Assembly: GCA_047495785.1 (NCBI GenBank)
Contig: JBLDXI010000055.1
Location: 558,001-622,000 of the forward strand
Direction of reading: 5' to 3'
DNA: 64,000 bases
Source of the DNA: Lepidodermella squamata
Taxonomy: Eukaryota > Animalia > Gastrotricha
The notes beneath the pieces were generated by a model. It had not been told where the DNA came from. It saw nothing but the letters and a program-made list of their open reading frames with translations, and did not search any database. Both the position numbers and the translations under genes were made by a program. Below are positions 26,865 to 38,900 of this stretch, one piece after another; position 1 is the first letter of the stretch, and each line of letters opens with the position of its first letter.

Positions 26865-28293
26865 ATGTCAGGTGCGTTTTTCGGCTTGAGTCAGTACGAC
26901 TTCACGTTGCGTCTCGAAAGTCTGAAGCGCGAGACGGAGCTTGTGGCTGTTCAGCGTAAAGTTCGCCGCGGCACGTCAACCTCACCCCGCCTGCCGAGCC
27001 TGATGACCCTTCTAGGCATGAAAGAACGCTCAGCTGATCCACCACTCGAATCGCCAACTTCATCGCTTTCCCGCCGGTATCACCTACTGCTTCCGAGTTT
27101 CAAGTGAGTTTTCCTAAAAAAAATTCCGTAATATCTCAGTAAAAAACTTATTTTTTTTAGAGCGATTTTGGCCAATAAAGGTATTGCCACGCTACGGAAA
27201 ATTGGCTCCGGTGGCTACTCCGACGTTCATTGCGGAATTCGTTCGAAAAGGCAACCAAACCCGCCGGCAAGTGAGGCTGCTTTTCAGCTAGAAAAAGTCG
27301 CTATTAAGGTGGTTGATCGGCGCAAAGCCAGCAACGAATACCAGCGTCAGTTTCTATCTCGCGAGCTCGCCAACTGGTCTCTTCTTCGCCATCCCAATAT
27401 CGTTCAGCTCTACGAATCCTTCAGCGATCCGTCACCGACACAGCTAAGCCGTTACGTCTTCATGGTTGCCGAATTTTGCGAGGGCGGCGACTGCCTCCGC
27501 ATGGTTCGCCACGTCGGCTCGTTACCAGAAGCGGCCGCCCAGCGATGGATGCGCCAATTATGCGCCGGAGTCGGCTATATGCACTCGCTTGGCATCGCCC
27601 ATCGTGACTTGAAGCTCGAAAATATCTTTCTCGACGCTGTTGGCAACGTCAAAATCGGTGATCTCGGATTCGCAACAAAGCGCGACTACCAGCACCAGCT
27701 GAGCGATACATTCTGCGGCTCAAAGGCCTATGCAGCGCCGGAAATTCTCCTCGGCCTCCCCCACTGCACACTGAAAGCCGACGTGTGGGCGATTGGTGTC
27801 ATTGGCTACATCGTTTTGACTGGTCTCATGCCGTTCAACGAACATGCTTGGAACCGATTCATCGTCGACGAGCAACGGCAACTCAGCTTTCCCGCCGAGT
27901 TGTGGGCACTCTTCTCGCCTACCTGCGAGCCCTTTGTGCGATCAGGCTTGAAATTCAGCTATCTCGAACGGTTAGATAAACGTTATTGGTGATTATTCAG
28001 ATTTTTTAATGATTTTTCCTCCTTTTAGACCAACTGTTCACGAGCTCATTGCGCACGATTGGTTGCAGGTGAAATCTGCGAGTGAATCATCGCTCCCTAA
28101 CGCACCGCCGAGTTCGCTATGCAGCGGCGCGGATGCGAACCAGCCACTAAATCTCGCTCCCCCGCCCTCGAAGCACAACAACAAGCTGCTGATTAATACT
28201 AACAACACCTTTGATAGCTGTAACCAATCGACTACTCCTGTCAAGAAAAGCGACAAGAAGCATTGCCCGATCAACACTCCTTTTTATTTGTGA
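26865..28293 (+). CDS. Testis-specific serine/threonine kinase (TSSK)-like CAMK-group kinase
   Basis: Three exons (26865-27103, 27161-about 27969, 28029-28293) in frame. IGSGGYSDV, VAIKVV, FLSREL (TSSK FLPRE-like), HRDLKLEN, DLG, LSDTFCGSKAYAAPE, DVWAIG. Confidence 0.85.
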
Positions 28294-31200
28294 ATTTTAA
28301 TCAACTTTCTAATTTCGTCTGCTTTTTGTATCAATTCATCAATAAATTTTGCGAAATCTGAATATTGCGGTTTTTATGAGTTTTTACGCAGTTCCGTTAG
28401 AATTTTAGAATCTGAAACACAATTTTTTGTTTACAATAAACCTCAAGGGCTATAGTTCATTGTATCCATTTTTAAGCAAGTTAAAATCTTGTCTCAATTA
28501 GTTCATTGTTTTCTACTTCCGATCTGCAAGGAAAAGAAAAGTTGCTGTTGGCGGCGTGTCTCAAAGAAATTGTCTCTGTTTATTTATTTCAATTAATCCA
28601 CGGCATTAATGTTGCGCTTTGCGCTCAAGGCATCGCAAATTATCACGTCGCAGCGAAGCGTCAATGCATTATATAAATTACAGATTGTGGTAATTTATAT
28701 AAAAAAGACAGCCATTTAGCGGAATTTCGCCTCGCGGTTGAGACAAAGCTCTTTACGTGGCTATATAATTCTGTAAATACTTTCCAGTTGAGGATAAAGG
28801 TATCAGAGAGCTTTTCGCTTCACACAAAATATACACGCGGAATCATTACTCATATCAATTACCTACCTGGCACGCATTTCTGAGCGAAAATAGTTTAGAT
28901 AACAGCTATTATATTTCTCATTTCAGAGAAAGCACGATAATTGCTGGAAACTGATAATAATTTTGATAACGCTTTTACAGGTCATTAGAAAAACACTGTG
29001 AATTCCTTAGCAATTATTGGCTTCCTCGGTACTCTTGTTGCTAACTAAATATCAAAAGCGAATTCAGGTCAAAAATTTATCAAAAATTCATTAAATTAAC
29101 GCATAAAAAGTCTCACACGTGATTGTGGGTTGTCCCTAGATCAGCTATAGGTATCGCACAGGAAAAAGCCATCTGGCCGGAATAGTGGGTTGTGCGATTT
29201 CAAGAAATTGAATTTCCTTCCTCGCGAAAATAGGACACGTCCTTGCTAAATTTGGAATAACTTATTCTTCAAGGTTTTTAGCCTTTATTTTTTTTTTAAT
29301 TTCATAGTAACCATCTATCTCGCCTATAGCTTCATAGTGGCTCCAAGTACACGCGGTATATGTTTACTTTGTGCACTCAGCTGCGTAATTTTTGGTGTGT
29401 AAAGTAGTGGGCTATAACTCGATATTATACACGAAAAGCTCTTATATACTGCCGATGTTGGTATTTACTTTTTGCTGAACTCTTTTTGTTAAAGCACTCA
29501 CAGCCTCCTTAAAGTAATGCAGGATAGTAGTATCTATATAAAACAGGAAGAGAGTGTGAGCTTGTGGGAGTAATTTTAGTTCATTTTTCCCTGTATAAGA
29601 GAGTGAGAAGCGTATTACCTGCAATTTTTAAATTTTTTCCCTGTAATATATGCGTGTCACTAAGGACATATTAACAAGAGATTCTTAGATAGCCATCTCT
29701 TTCCAGGTGCTAAGTGAATGAAGGATAGTTTTTAAGATATCAAATATCAACGAAAACAATTTCAGATGCCTCGACAGTGTTATCTTGCAGGTTCCTAGCT
29801 ATTTGATACTTATTTTTCAGCAAATCAACTCTTCGAGGCAAGCATATAGGCACCTTGTCTTTTAGTGGGTGGTGAATCAGCCGTACATTTCCATCGAATG
29901 AAATTTTAAGTAGCCATCTCAATCAATAATTCATCATTTTTTGCGCGCTTCAAAGAGCTCGAGGTGCGCAATTATTGTGATCGACCCGCTTGTTGCTCTT
30001 CTTACTCAGTCACTATGAAAAAAATCGTCATTGCGCTCAATTTTATTTCACCTTTGTAAATTATCTTTTGCCATCGTTTTGTCTACTTGTCTGCTTTGAA
30101 TGCCACGACGATTCAAGCTCATCGGATAAATAACAGATGGTACATAGCCAGGGTATACCTGCATCTATTCAGATTATTATTTCTATATTACACTGGGACG
30201 CGGCGGCAAATAGTTTTACAACATCTGGCAGGTGATCGTTAAATGCGACAATTACAGGTCTAATAACACTTGCGTCAACGTCATTATTTTTCATGGGAAA
30301 AATTATGTATGAACAAAGTCGGGCGGACACGTGTGGCCTTGCTTGTCACATTGAATTATATTTCAAAAAATAATCAGCAGGTGTCACGTCCGGTCATAAG
30401 ATAGTCCTAAAAAAATGAGGAGTATTATAATAAGGCTTCTAAATCTCAAGTAGGTAGTCATTATTTTTTCAATTTTCGGCTCAATGCCATTCTTTGTAAA
30501 ATTTGACAGAATGATTATACTGTCAAACATGCCCAAGCCCCACACACTGCGATGAAGCATGCGTTTTTTCTTGCTCGAGAGGCAAAAAATGGCGCCGGTA
30601 TATACTATGCGCTGGTTCAACATTATTATTTTAGATCTCTTACCTATAATAAAAGCAATATGCATTCGGTGCGTATAGAACAACTAGACTTTCTACATTC
30701 AATCAATGGCGTGTAGTATCAACCTAACTCGTACACATACATGAGCCATACCTATAGCTCAATGCTATCGCACTTTTTATTCACATTGAAAAGTGCATTT
30801 TTTGCCCTGCGCATGCTCGTGCCTTATTATATAATGTTATACACCTAATATTATACCGGTCCGCATTTAAAGTATGCCGAGCCGATACGATGATTAATGC
30901 CTGTGTACGAGCAACGAGCCCAAGCGATGGGCAGAGCAACAAACATGGATGGCGATGAAACATTTTTACTACGTAGATTTCATATTGTGATATAACATTT
31001 TGTAGTTTTATTAGCCTTTAGGTATTAAGGGAGCTAATGCATCGCTGTTCTTATACTCGTTTTATGCTTTCGGCGGTGGCGGCTATCTGCTGCTGCTGCT
31101 GCTGTTGTGGGGCTGGTCTGCTGAAGGCGGGTGCTCTTCCTCCTGGCGTTCGCTTTGTGAAAGCGCGCGCAATTTTTTCACAGTTTTATTTCTCCGCCCT

Positions 31201-31721
31201 GTAAAGTGTTACCGCAATTTTTGACAAGTTTTTATTACACACCTCGCGCGCGTTCTGCAGACTATCTTTAAGGCCTGGGTCATTATTAAATACTTGAGAA
31301 GCTCTAGATGATGAGTCAGTTTTATAGCAATCAAAAGTTTCCTCGGCGAGGGATGCGTGCACTCATTGTAGAGCCAAGGACACGGCTATCACAAATTAGT
31401 TATCTAGCGTCGAATTTCAGTTCACATCTGCGATGAGATTCGGAAAGCGCGCGTGTCCTTGCAGCTGCTATTTGCTCAGCTGACCATTTACGGCCGGAAA
31501 GATTTTCAAAATGTTTATCTCGTATTTTTGTACAAATCTGCTGCGTGTTGTTTTGAGGGTTGTTCCAAAAATGGTCATTTTTTCAGACACGCGACTTCAA
31601 CCTGATCCAGTTTTTCACAATTTTTGTTCTGCCTTGTGCCATTTTAAAAAATTTGCTCGCGATTTGACTGCTTCATTAATTTTTGAACAATTTTCAATTT
31701 AGAATTTTAAAGATATAATAG

Positions 31722-34170
31722 ATGATGGACGCGTCATTCATATGGGGTCCAGCGAAGGAAGAAACCGGCGAAGATGACGACGATTGCCGGCGTTTGATGA
31801 GTGAAATCGACACCGAACTAAGTTTAAGCAACGCCGATCCTGGGCAGGCTTTAATGCGAAGTCAAAACAGCTTTTTAGAAGATTCTTTTAAAACCGCCTC
31901 GAGTACTACGCCTCGGTCTTCGCTTAACAACAACCTAAGCTTTTTAAACAACACGTGTAAAGGCGACGTTTTCCCACCATCGATTTTAAGCTCTTACAAC
32001 ATCCGCCCTGGCGTTTCTATAGTCTATAACGGTGAAGATGATTCTGAATATAACAGCAACAGCTCGAGTAATGTTACACGGCACATGTCGGCCGAGCAAG
32101 AAAATCGAAATGGCGAGGCTGATGACAATCGACAGAAAGCTGATCAGTTGGCCTCTGAAGGGACTACGCTAGCTAGGGATCGATCGAACCCGGCCAAATT
32201 GCAATTAGCCATCGAATTTTTGACTCAAGCGATAAAACTTAATCCATCCTGCGCAGGTAAGAAGTCTTTCCAATGTCTCTGTAAAAAATTAATTTAATTT
32301 GTTTAGGATATTATTTTAATCGCTCAATCTGCTTTTATCGAAGCGGAAATTTTTTACAAGCCCTGCGCGATGCCAATCTGGCTCTACAACTCGAGCCTAG
32401 ACAAGTCAAGTACCTGAACCGGAAAGCGATGGCTCTATTTCGGTTAGATCGGATAATTGAGACACGCCAGACAATCGATCTAATCTTGCAAATAAACCCG
32501 GGAAATAAGCAAGCGAACGAACTGCTGGAAGAAATCACCAAGTCGTCGAAGCTGACTGAAGCTGACGTCATTGTCGGTGTCGTAATATCAAATCTACCGA
32601 AAAATATCAGGTCGGAAACTGTGCGAGATCTGTTAGCCGGACGTGGCGTTGTGGTTGAACATCCGATTTTCTTCATAATTTGCGCAAATGGCGGCGACGA
32701 GTCGCTGACATCGGCGGTTATCTACCAACCTGACCTCGGTGTTACGACAAAGGTCGTTGAGATGCTTGATCAATACCCGTACGGCTCGACGTTCCTGCGA
32801 GTCGAGCCGTTGTTCAAGTCAGTTTACAAAGATTTGAAGCTGTCGACTGACCCACAAGCTTCGCCGTCGTTGTCTTCGCATAATGGCAACAGCGATGACG
32901 ATGGTGAATCATCACCACGGCCTGCGTTTTGGAACTCTGAGCCTGATTCGCTGTCCGGCCGGTCGACTTCGCCGAAAACGAACAGCCCGCATTTGATTGT
33001 CGCTAAGAGCTTATCGTCCGATCAGCCTTCTTCTAAACCGCAATCGCCTGTCGAAGCCCTACCAAAAACAGTTTTTATTGGAAACGTTCCAAAAGATGCT
33101 GACGTGGCGCAAGTCGAACAGCTGGTTCGCAAACAGGTATAAAGCTTAAATTTTTAAGGGGGATTTTTTTATGTTCTTTGTTTTTGCAAAGTCGGTTTCG
33201 AAAATTAGCATTTGTTCCCCAAAATTTCGATTCTTATCTAGAACTTTCCTCGGGATATTGTTTTTTAGATAATTGCCTTTTATTAGAGTCGACCAAATAA
33301 ATGTCATTTTGTCAACATTAATTTTATCGTTTAACCTTGAACTTCAAGGATGATTTTTATACAATTTTTGCGCAATTTTACAAATTTCTATTTTTTAATT
33401 AGGTGCCGAATGCGCAACATATCGCTCCGTTTCATGTTGCGAAGAAGCCCGAATGGGACTACGCCTTCGTGAATTGCGCAACACCGGCCAATGCCCGAAT
33501 TATTCACGATGCACTGCAAAAAGCTCGTTTCCTCGGTTGCATCGTCGACGTGCATTTGTACGACACTGCCCAGCGAGCTGCTCTGGCATCGACAACTAGC
33601 AGCCAAGCCGAGTCAGCGACCAGCAAGCCGTCGAAACCCGCTACTACGGCGACTAACGTATTTGTCACCAATTTGCCGCCTCAAATGCAGTTTCACGAGT
33701 TTTTCGTCGCGATTTACCCCATCGTATCTCGGGCTGCTGGCTCAGATTTTGCGTTGTACCGCCAGTCGCAATGGAAGCACTGCTTCCTCAATTTCCCGAA
33801 CGCAGCTAAGGCTCTAGCTGCTTTTCACTGCTTGAATGGTCTCAAAATCGCCGGCGCTGTCTTGGCGGCTAATATGGCTGAAGGGCGTGCGAAATTCATG
33901 GCGACGTCGCATTTCGCGGCCTATGCTGAATTCGAGCTGTCCCTTGACAAGCCGTCGACGATGATCCGCGTCGATAATGTTGACGGAGCGATGAGCAACG
34001 CTGAAATCCGCAACATGTTCGACGGCGCTGTTGAATTTTGGCGCGACTACCCAACCGCCTATTTCAAGTTTTTCGACGAAAAAACGGCGACAATGTGGCT
34101 GCATCAATACCAAGGTCGGGTGAACCGTAACTCAGCTATGGTCATCTGCTACGTCCACAAGAAAATATAA
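31722..34170 (+). CDS. TPR-repeat + RRM protein, paralog 3
   Basis: Exons 31722-32256, 32307-33136, 33403-34170. TPR GYYFNRSICFY; four RRM-like units (VVISNLPK; TVFIGNVPKD...YAFVN; NVFVTNLPPQ...HCFLNF; MIRVDNVDG...AYFKF). Confidence 0.88.
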
Positions 34171-34302
34171 AATATAATAAAATAAAAAAATCGATAGAAA
34201 TAGACAAAAATATATAAAAAAATCTTTGAAAAAATTTGCGGACCAACTGCTTTTTGAATATCGTTTTAAATGAACTGATGCCGAATATCGAAGTGAGGAT
34301 GA

Positions 34303-34326
34303 TGAATGAATGAATGAATGAATGAA
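34303..34326. repeat. (TGAA)6 microsatellite
   Basis: Read directly. Confidence 0.85.
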
Positions 34327-35966
34327 TATAACAAGTCTTTTATATGCAAAAGACTGATCGTTTGCCCAATACGTTGTCGATGTTGTCGAAGCGAGAGCAT
34401 GACAAGAAGTGCGGTTTTTTGTTTTATTTTCATCGGAGTATTAAAAATAAAACTCGCAATTTGATTTTCTGCATTTTTCTTTACTCCCAAGAAAGTTTTC
34501 ATTCAGAAATTGTGTCAGAAAAAATGCGACCCGCCGTCACGATCGATTCGCTAAAAAGTAATGTTTATTTAGAGGTCTTGCCACTGTGTTGTATTGGGAT
34601 TAAATAATTCTATACTCCTTACTTTTATCCGAAAAAACCACAGGTATGTACTCCAAGGGTGCACTTTAATTTTTTCGCAAAATCCACCTAAAAAATGAGA
34701 TAATTTTTCGGATCTTATTGAAAGATCACGTACTCTTTTAGCTTTTTCACCGCAGTATAGCCATTGGCCATTGGTCGCTGAAAGTAAAAATAAATTAGCT
34801 TGAGTATATTATTAAACTACCAGCTGGTAAGACGCGCATTAAGACAACCGCGAAGTGTCTGCCGCTGTCGTTTCGTTCACGCATCATTAGACGCCTACGA
34901 TGTGTTGCCGTTCGCGACCGAAGTCCCTCGCGCGCTTCTCTTGCATGAAACCAATTTTTCTTCGACTCATCGGCGGCTCAATAGCGCAGTAGCGACGCCT
35001 TTGATGCGACTTCGCTTACATTTTTCACCAGAATACACCTTTTAAGGTGGACCAAGTCAACATTTACACATTTTTATGTATGGAGCTTCTATTATCAATA
35101 CAAACATGGAGGCGAAGTAAAATTGTCACCCTACAGCTTTGACCTGTTTGTTTTACTGAGCCATGCCAAAAGAGGGCATCGTTTTTAATTACTCCCATTT
35201 GAATGGATATATCATCGCTAATTTCCTATTCACACCCTGCTGTGTAAGTGCGGTGCGTTTTCTTGTTTTAATTATCATCATTTTTATGGATGCCGCGTTG
35301 CTTTTTGATGACAAATCGGTGCGAATAACACGCAGATCGAGCTAGTTCAGGACGAAACGATTTCACGCAAATATTGAATTTTGCGAAAAAAACTTCTGAA
35401 TCGATTTCAAGTGCTCGCTGCCCTCGCTCGTAGTCTATATTACAATTTCATGGGTTATCAACTCGATTTCCCGTATTTGTTTAAATAGCCAGCGTATCCG
35501 CTCGTAAAAATAGACCGAGTGCGAGAAAAAATCTGCTTCCTTCTACACTGCTTGATATAGATTTAATCGCATGTCATTGTTGTGGATTGAAACAAGAGTC
35601 GCCCCTTGGCGATATGATAGGCCCCTACCTCTTTATTACCTCTAGGTGCGCCTTAATATTTTACGATGGTCAGCGCGTTATGTGACCTACAGCCGAGAGT
35701 TTTAAACGCCTGGCAATAAAGACGCGTGTAATATTGCAATACAACACAAATAATCACCTCTCAATATCGAGAAATGAGCAAGGAGGTCTCAAACAACAAC
35801 AAATAACAACAACATTTTAGTAAACTCTTATTGCATTGTGACATTGCTACCGGTGCTTTTTGCCGGCTTTCGTCTTCACTGCTTACTTGATCGCTATAAG
35901 ATGAATGTTTTTTTCTCTCGCAGGAAATTTTAGGGACATTTATTTTTGAGTGAGTTTCCATTTTAA

Positions 35967-38900
35967 ATGTTCCTCATCCTCGGCGGTCTGAGTCGAGCGG
36001 TTTCGCCGACGAAGGGCCGTGGCGAGAGCGTTAGCCCGTCGCGGATCCGTCGAATTGCCGCGGATCGGAGAGCTCGATCTGGAACGCCAGACCCAAATAG
36101 AGCAGCTGATTCTTCGACCAGCAGTTCGCAGCTTTCAGCCGCTGCCAGGCGAATCGCTAATATCCGCAAAAACAAAGCTATGGCTGGCCATCACAAGCAC
36201 CACCACGAGCCTGGTCGGCCTCATTCAGCATGTCCCTGCCTAAGAAGGCACAGCTATCATGTGTAAGTTGAGCATAAAACGAATTTGTATTTGTTTAGAT
36301 TATTATAAGCTACAATGAACAAATTGATTAGACTTTTAGAATGGGTAATAAAATATTTCGAATTATTTCGTATATTTAGCTTCAAATTTCTTAGTAGCTC
36401 CGAACTAGCTCAAGATTAATTGTTTCAGGTGCTATAATTTTTTGCTTTAAGTGTTACTAGGTGACCAAAGCCAATTTTAGACTTCCTTAGCGGAAATTAG
36501 TGAAGCTGGCGTTTGACTTCAAAAAAACTAAATAGGGTAAAGTCTTACCCATATCGTAAAGATTGCTTGAAGGGGAATATTCATGACAGTTCCATCTTAA
36601 ATGATTTTCAAGTATACACGTTTTTCGGTTATAAGTAAATGCTTGAAATATTAGGTGGTCTAATAAACGGGACAATTTATTAGCAAATGATAGGATATTC
36701 CCTCGAAATTCTCTTGAGCCTGATAAAAAAAACTATACTGCCCTCTTCACTTTGCCAATTATTCGAGCGTGATAATTAATTGATGGTTTCATTTTTTCTA
36801 GAGCGGAGGTGCCCTCTTCCAAATCAAACGTTGCGCCGTTATCGCTACTTTCACCAACGGCGAGCGATTCAGAAGGCAGCGCCCGTCACCGTTCGACTTC
36901 TCGCCAGCGGCGGCAAAACCGGCTCTCTAAAAAACACTCATCGACCGGTCGACTCGCAGCAACAGGTAGGCCGCATTTTTTCACGCCGCGGTCTTGCACC
37001 GCGTGACTCGCTTGATTGGCCTCATTGACTTTTTTACCGCGCGCGCGTGCGCGTTGCACCGGCGCGTGAAGCCGTCGGAGCGCGAAATTTGGCGTCAAAG
37101 CCTGCGGGCATCGTAGGTTTAATCAAAAGACGAGCGCGCGGCGCGATAATCGAACAACAATGCGCGCAGACTCATCGTTTCGCGAAGTAAATGTCACTAA
37201 ATAACGATCCGCTAGTTTTACGCTCATACCTAGCCAGTGTTAGTTATCTGTTTTGTGCGTCTCGCGTGTTTTCATTAAGCAGGCGTGTATCCATCCCATC
37301 GAGCAGGCTTCGCCGCAATCTACTCAATGCCTCGTCGTCGTATACCTCCTATATGTAGTTTAGTGAATTATTATGACAGTAAATAGCCCGGTACGCAAAA
37401 AGGACGCCTGCTTTTACGATCGATCGATGAATTGCATTGCAACTTAAACACGACCTAGCTATTCAGCGCCTGTTGAAAGCGGATCGCGAGCGGCGATTTC
37501 TGCTCTGCCCGCGCCTATAAAAAATAAACAGGCCCAGAGCGCGTCATTAGATGCCGTGTAATCGGCCGCGCAGTGAAATGGCTACCGTTGTGACGAACAA
37601 CGCGCCTGCGTAGAACGGCGACAAACTTGTAATAATAGCGATAATAATAATAATAATAATAATAACAGTCATAATAATAACATTTTGCTACACTATTTCA
37701 AAACACAAAGCCGTGTCACCCGTCTATTCAGCTTAGCGACACTATGTTTTTATTGATGCGCCCATGACCAGCAGACCTGTGTGATTGACGAGTTGATGTG
37801 GTTATTGTTTTTCGCCTCATTTTTTCCCAAAATTTTCCCTGCGCAAACACACCGCCGTGATCGGCTTTTATTTGCTCAGTAATCACTCATTATTACGTGA
37901 ATAATTTTATTTACCGATATATACCGCCGGGGTCGGAAATTATTGCTAAAATTATGCGTTTTGTACCTATAGGTTCTTCAATTATGGACGATAAACAGGA
38001 AAGAGCAGCGGATGGTGCTGCTGTTTCGTCGTCGTCTGACTCTTCGTCATCATCGACGAGCTCTAGCTCGTCGAGTTCGTCGAGTTCGTCACCCTCATCG
38101 TCGTGCTCTTCGCGCTGCAGTAGCCGCGGCGGCAGGCGGTCGCCCTTGAGCCCAGCCCGGACAGTCAGCTCTGCGCACCGTTCGTCGACCGCGTCGAGCG
38201 ACAACCGAAGTTTATCGCGGTCTAGCTCGTGCGATTCGGACCAATCGAGCCGAATCGCATCAGGAGCGCACAGCTCGCAATCCAGTGGCAGCCGGTCGTC
38301 GATTCACGGCCACCGGCGAAGCCCGGACAGCAAGTCGGCGTCGACTGTCAGCTCGTCGCATCGATCTTCCCGCCGCTCGTCGCCGTGCTCGTCCACCTCG
38401 CCGCCTCGAGGAACTACTTCCCCCTCGGACGCGCGGCGATCTAGCGAAGAGATCGAGCGAGCTGATTTGCCGAGATCCATTAAATCACCGGAGCCTATTT
38501 CAGCCCGGGACGAGCCTCAAAAATCTGAGGATGAAGATGGAAAGGGCGTGCTAGATTTGATGGAAGAATTTATCCAAGAAGTTGGTAAGGCGATGATGGG
38601 CGAAGCTGAGGCAACTTTGCCTAGCCATCAACACGAGTACAGCCAACCGTCGGGGGTTTGTGTGGTCTGCAACGGCCAGTTGACCCCGACCGGAGCTTGC
38701 GACCGATGTGGCTCCAATTTCGACACCAGCCTCACATCGCCGCAGCGTGTCGCGTCTGTCGAAATTCACGACACGTTCGACGTGCCGGAGGATGAGGATA
38801 AAGACGTAGCCGAGCCGTCGGTTAACCGCCCGGAAACGGCTACGCCATCCAGCCGGCTGCAGGCCGCATTATCGCGGCAGACATCTGGCACGATCTCATC

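Noticed and set aside
28300-31700. Short ORFs and a CTG-repeat tract (about 31088-31105) in the gap after the kinase
   Set aside because: Could not be joined into a gene; a resemblance of 29740-29922 to decayed retroelement sequence is too weak to call.
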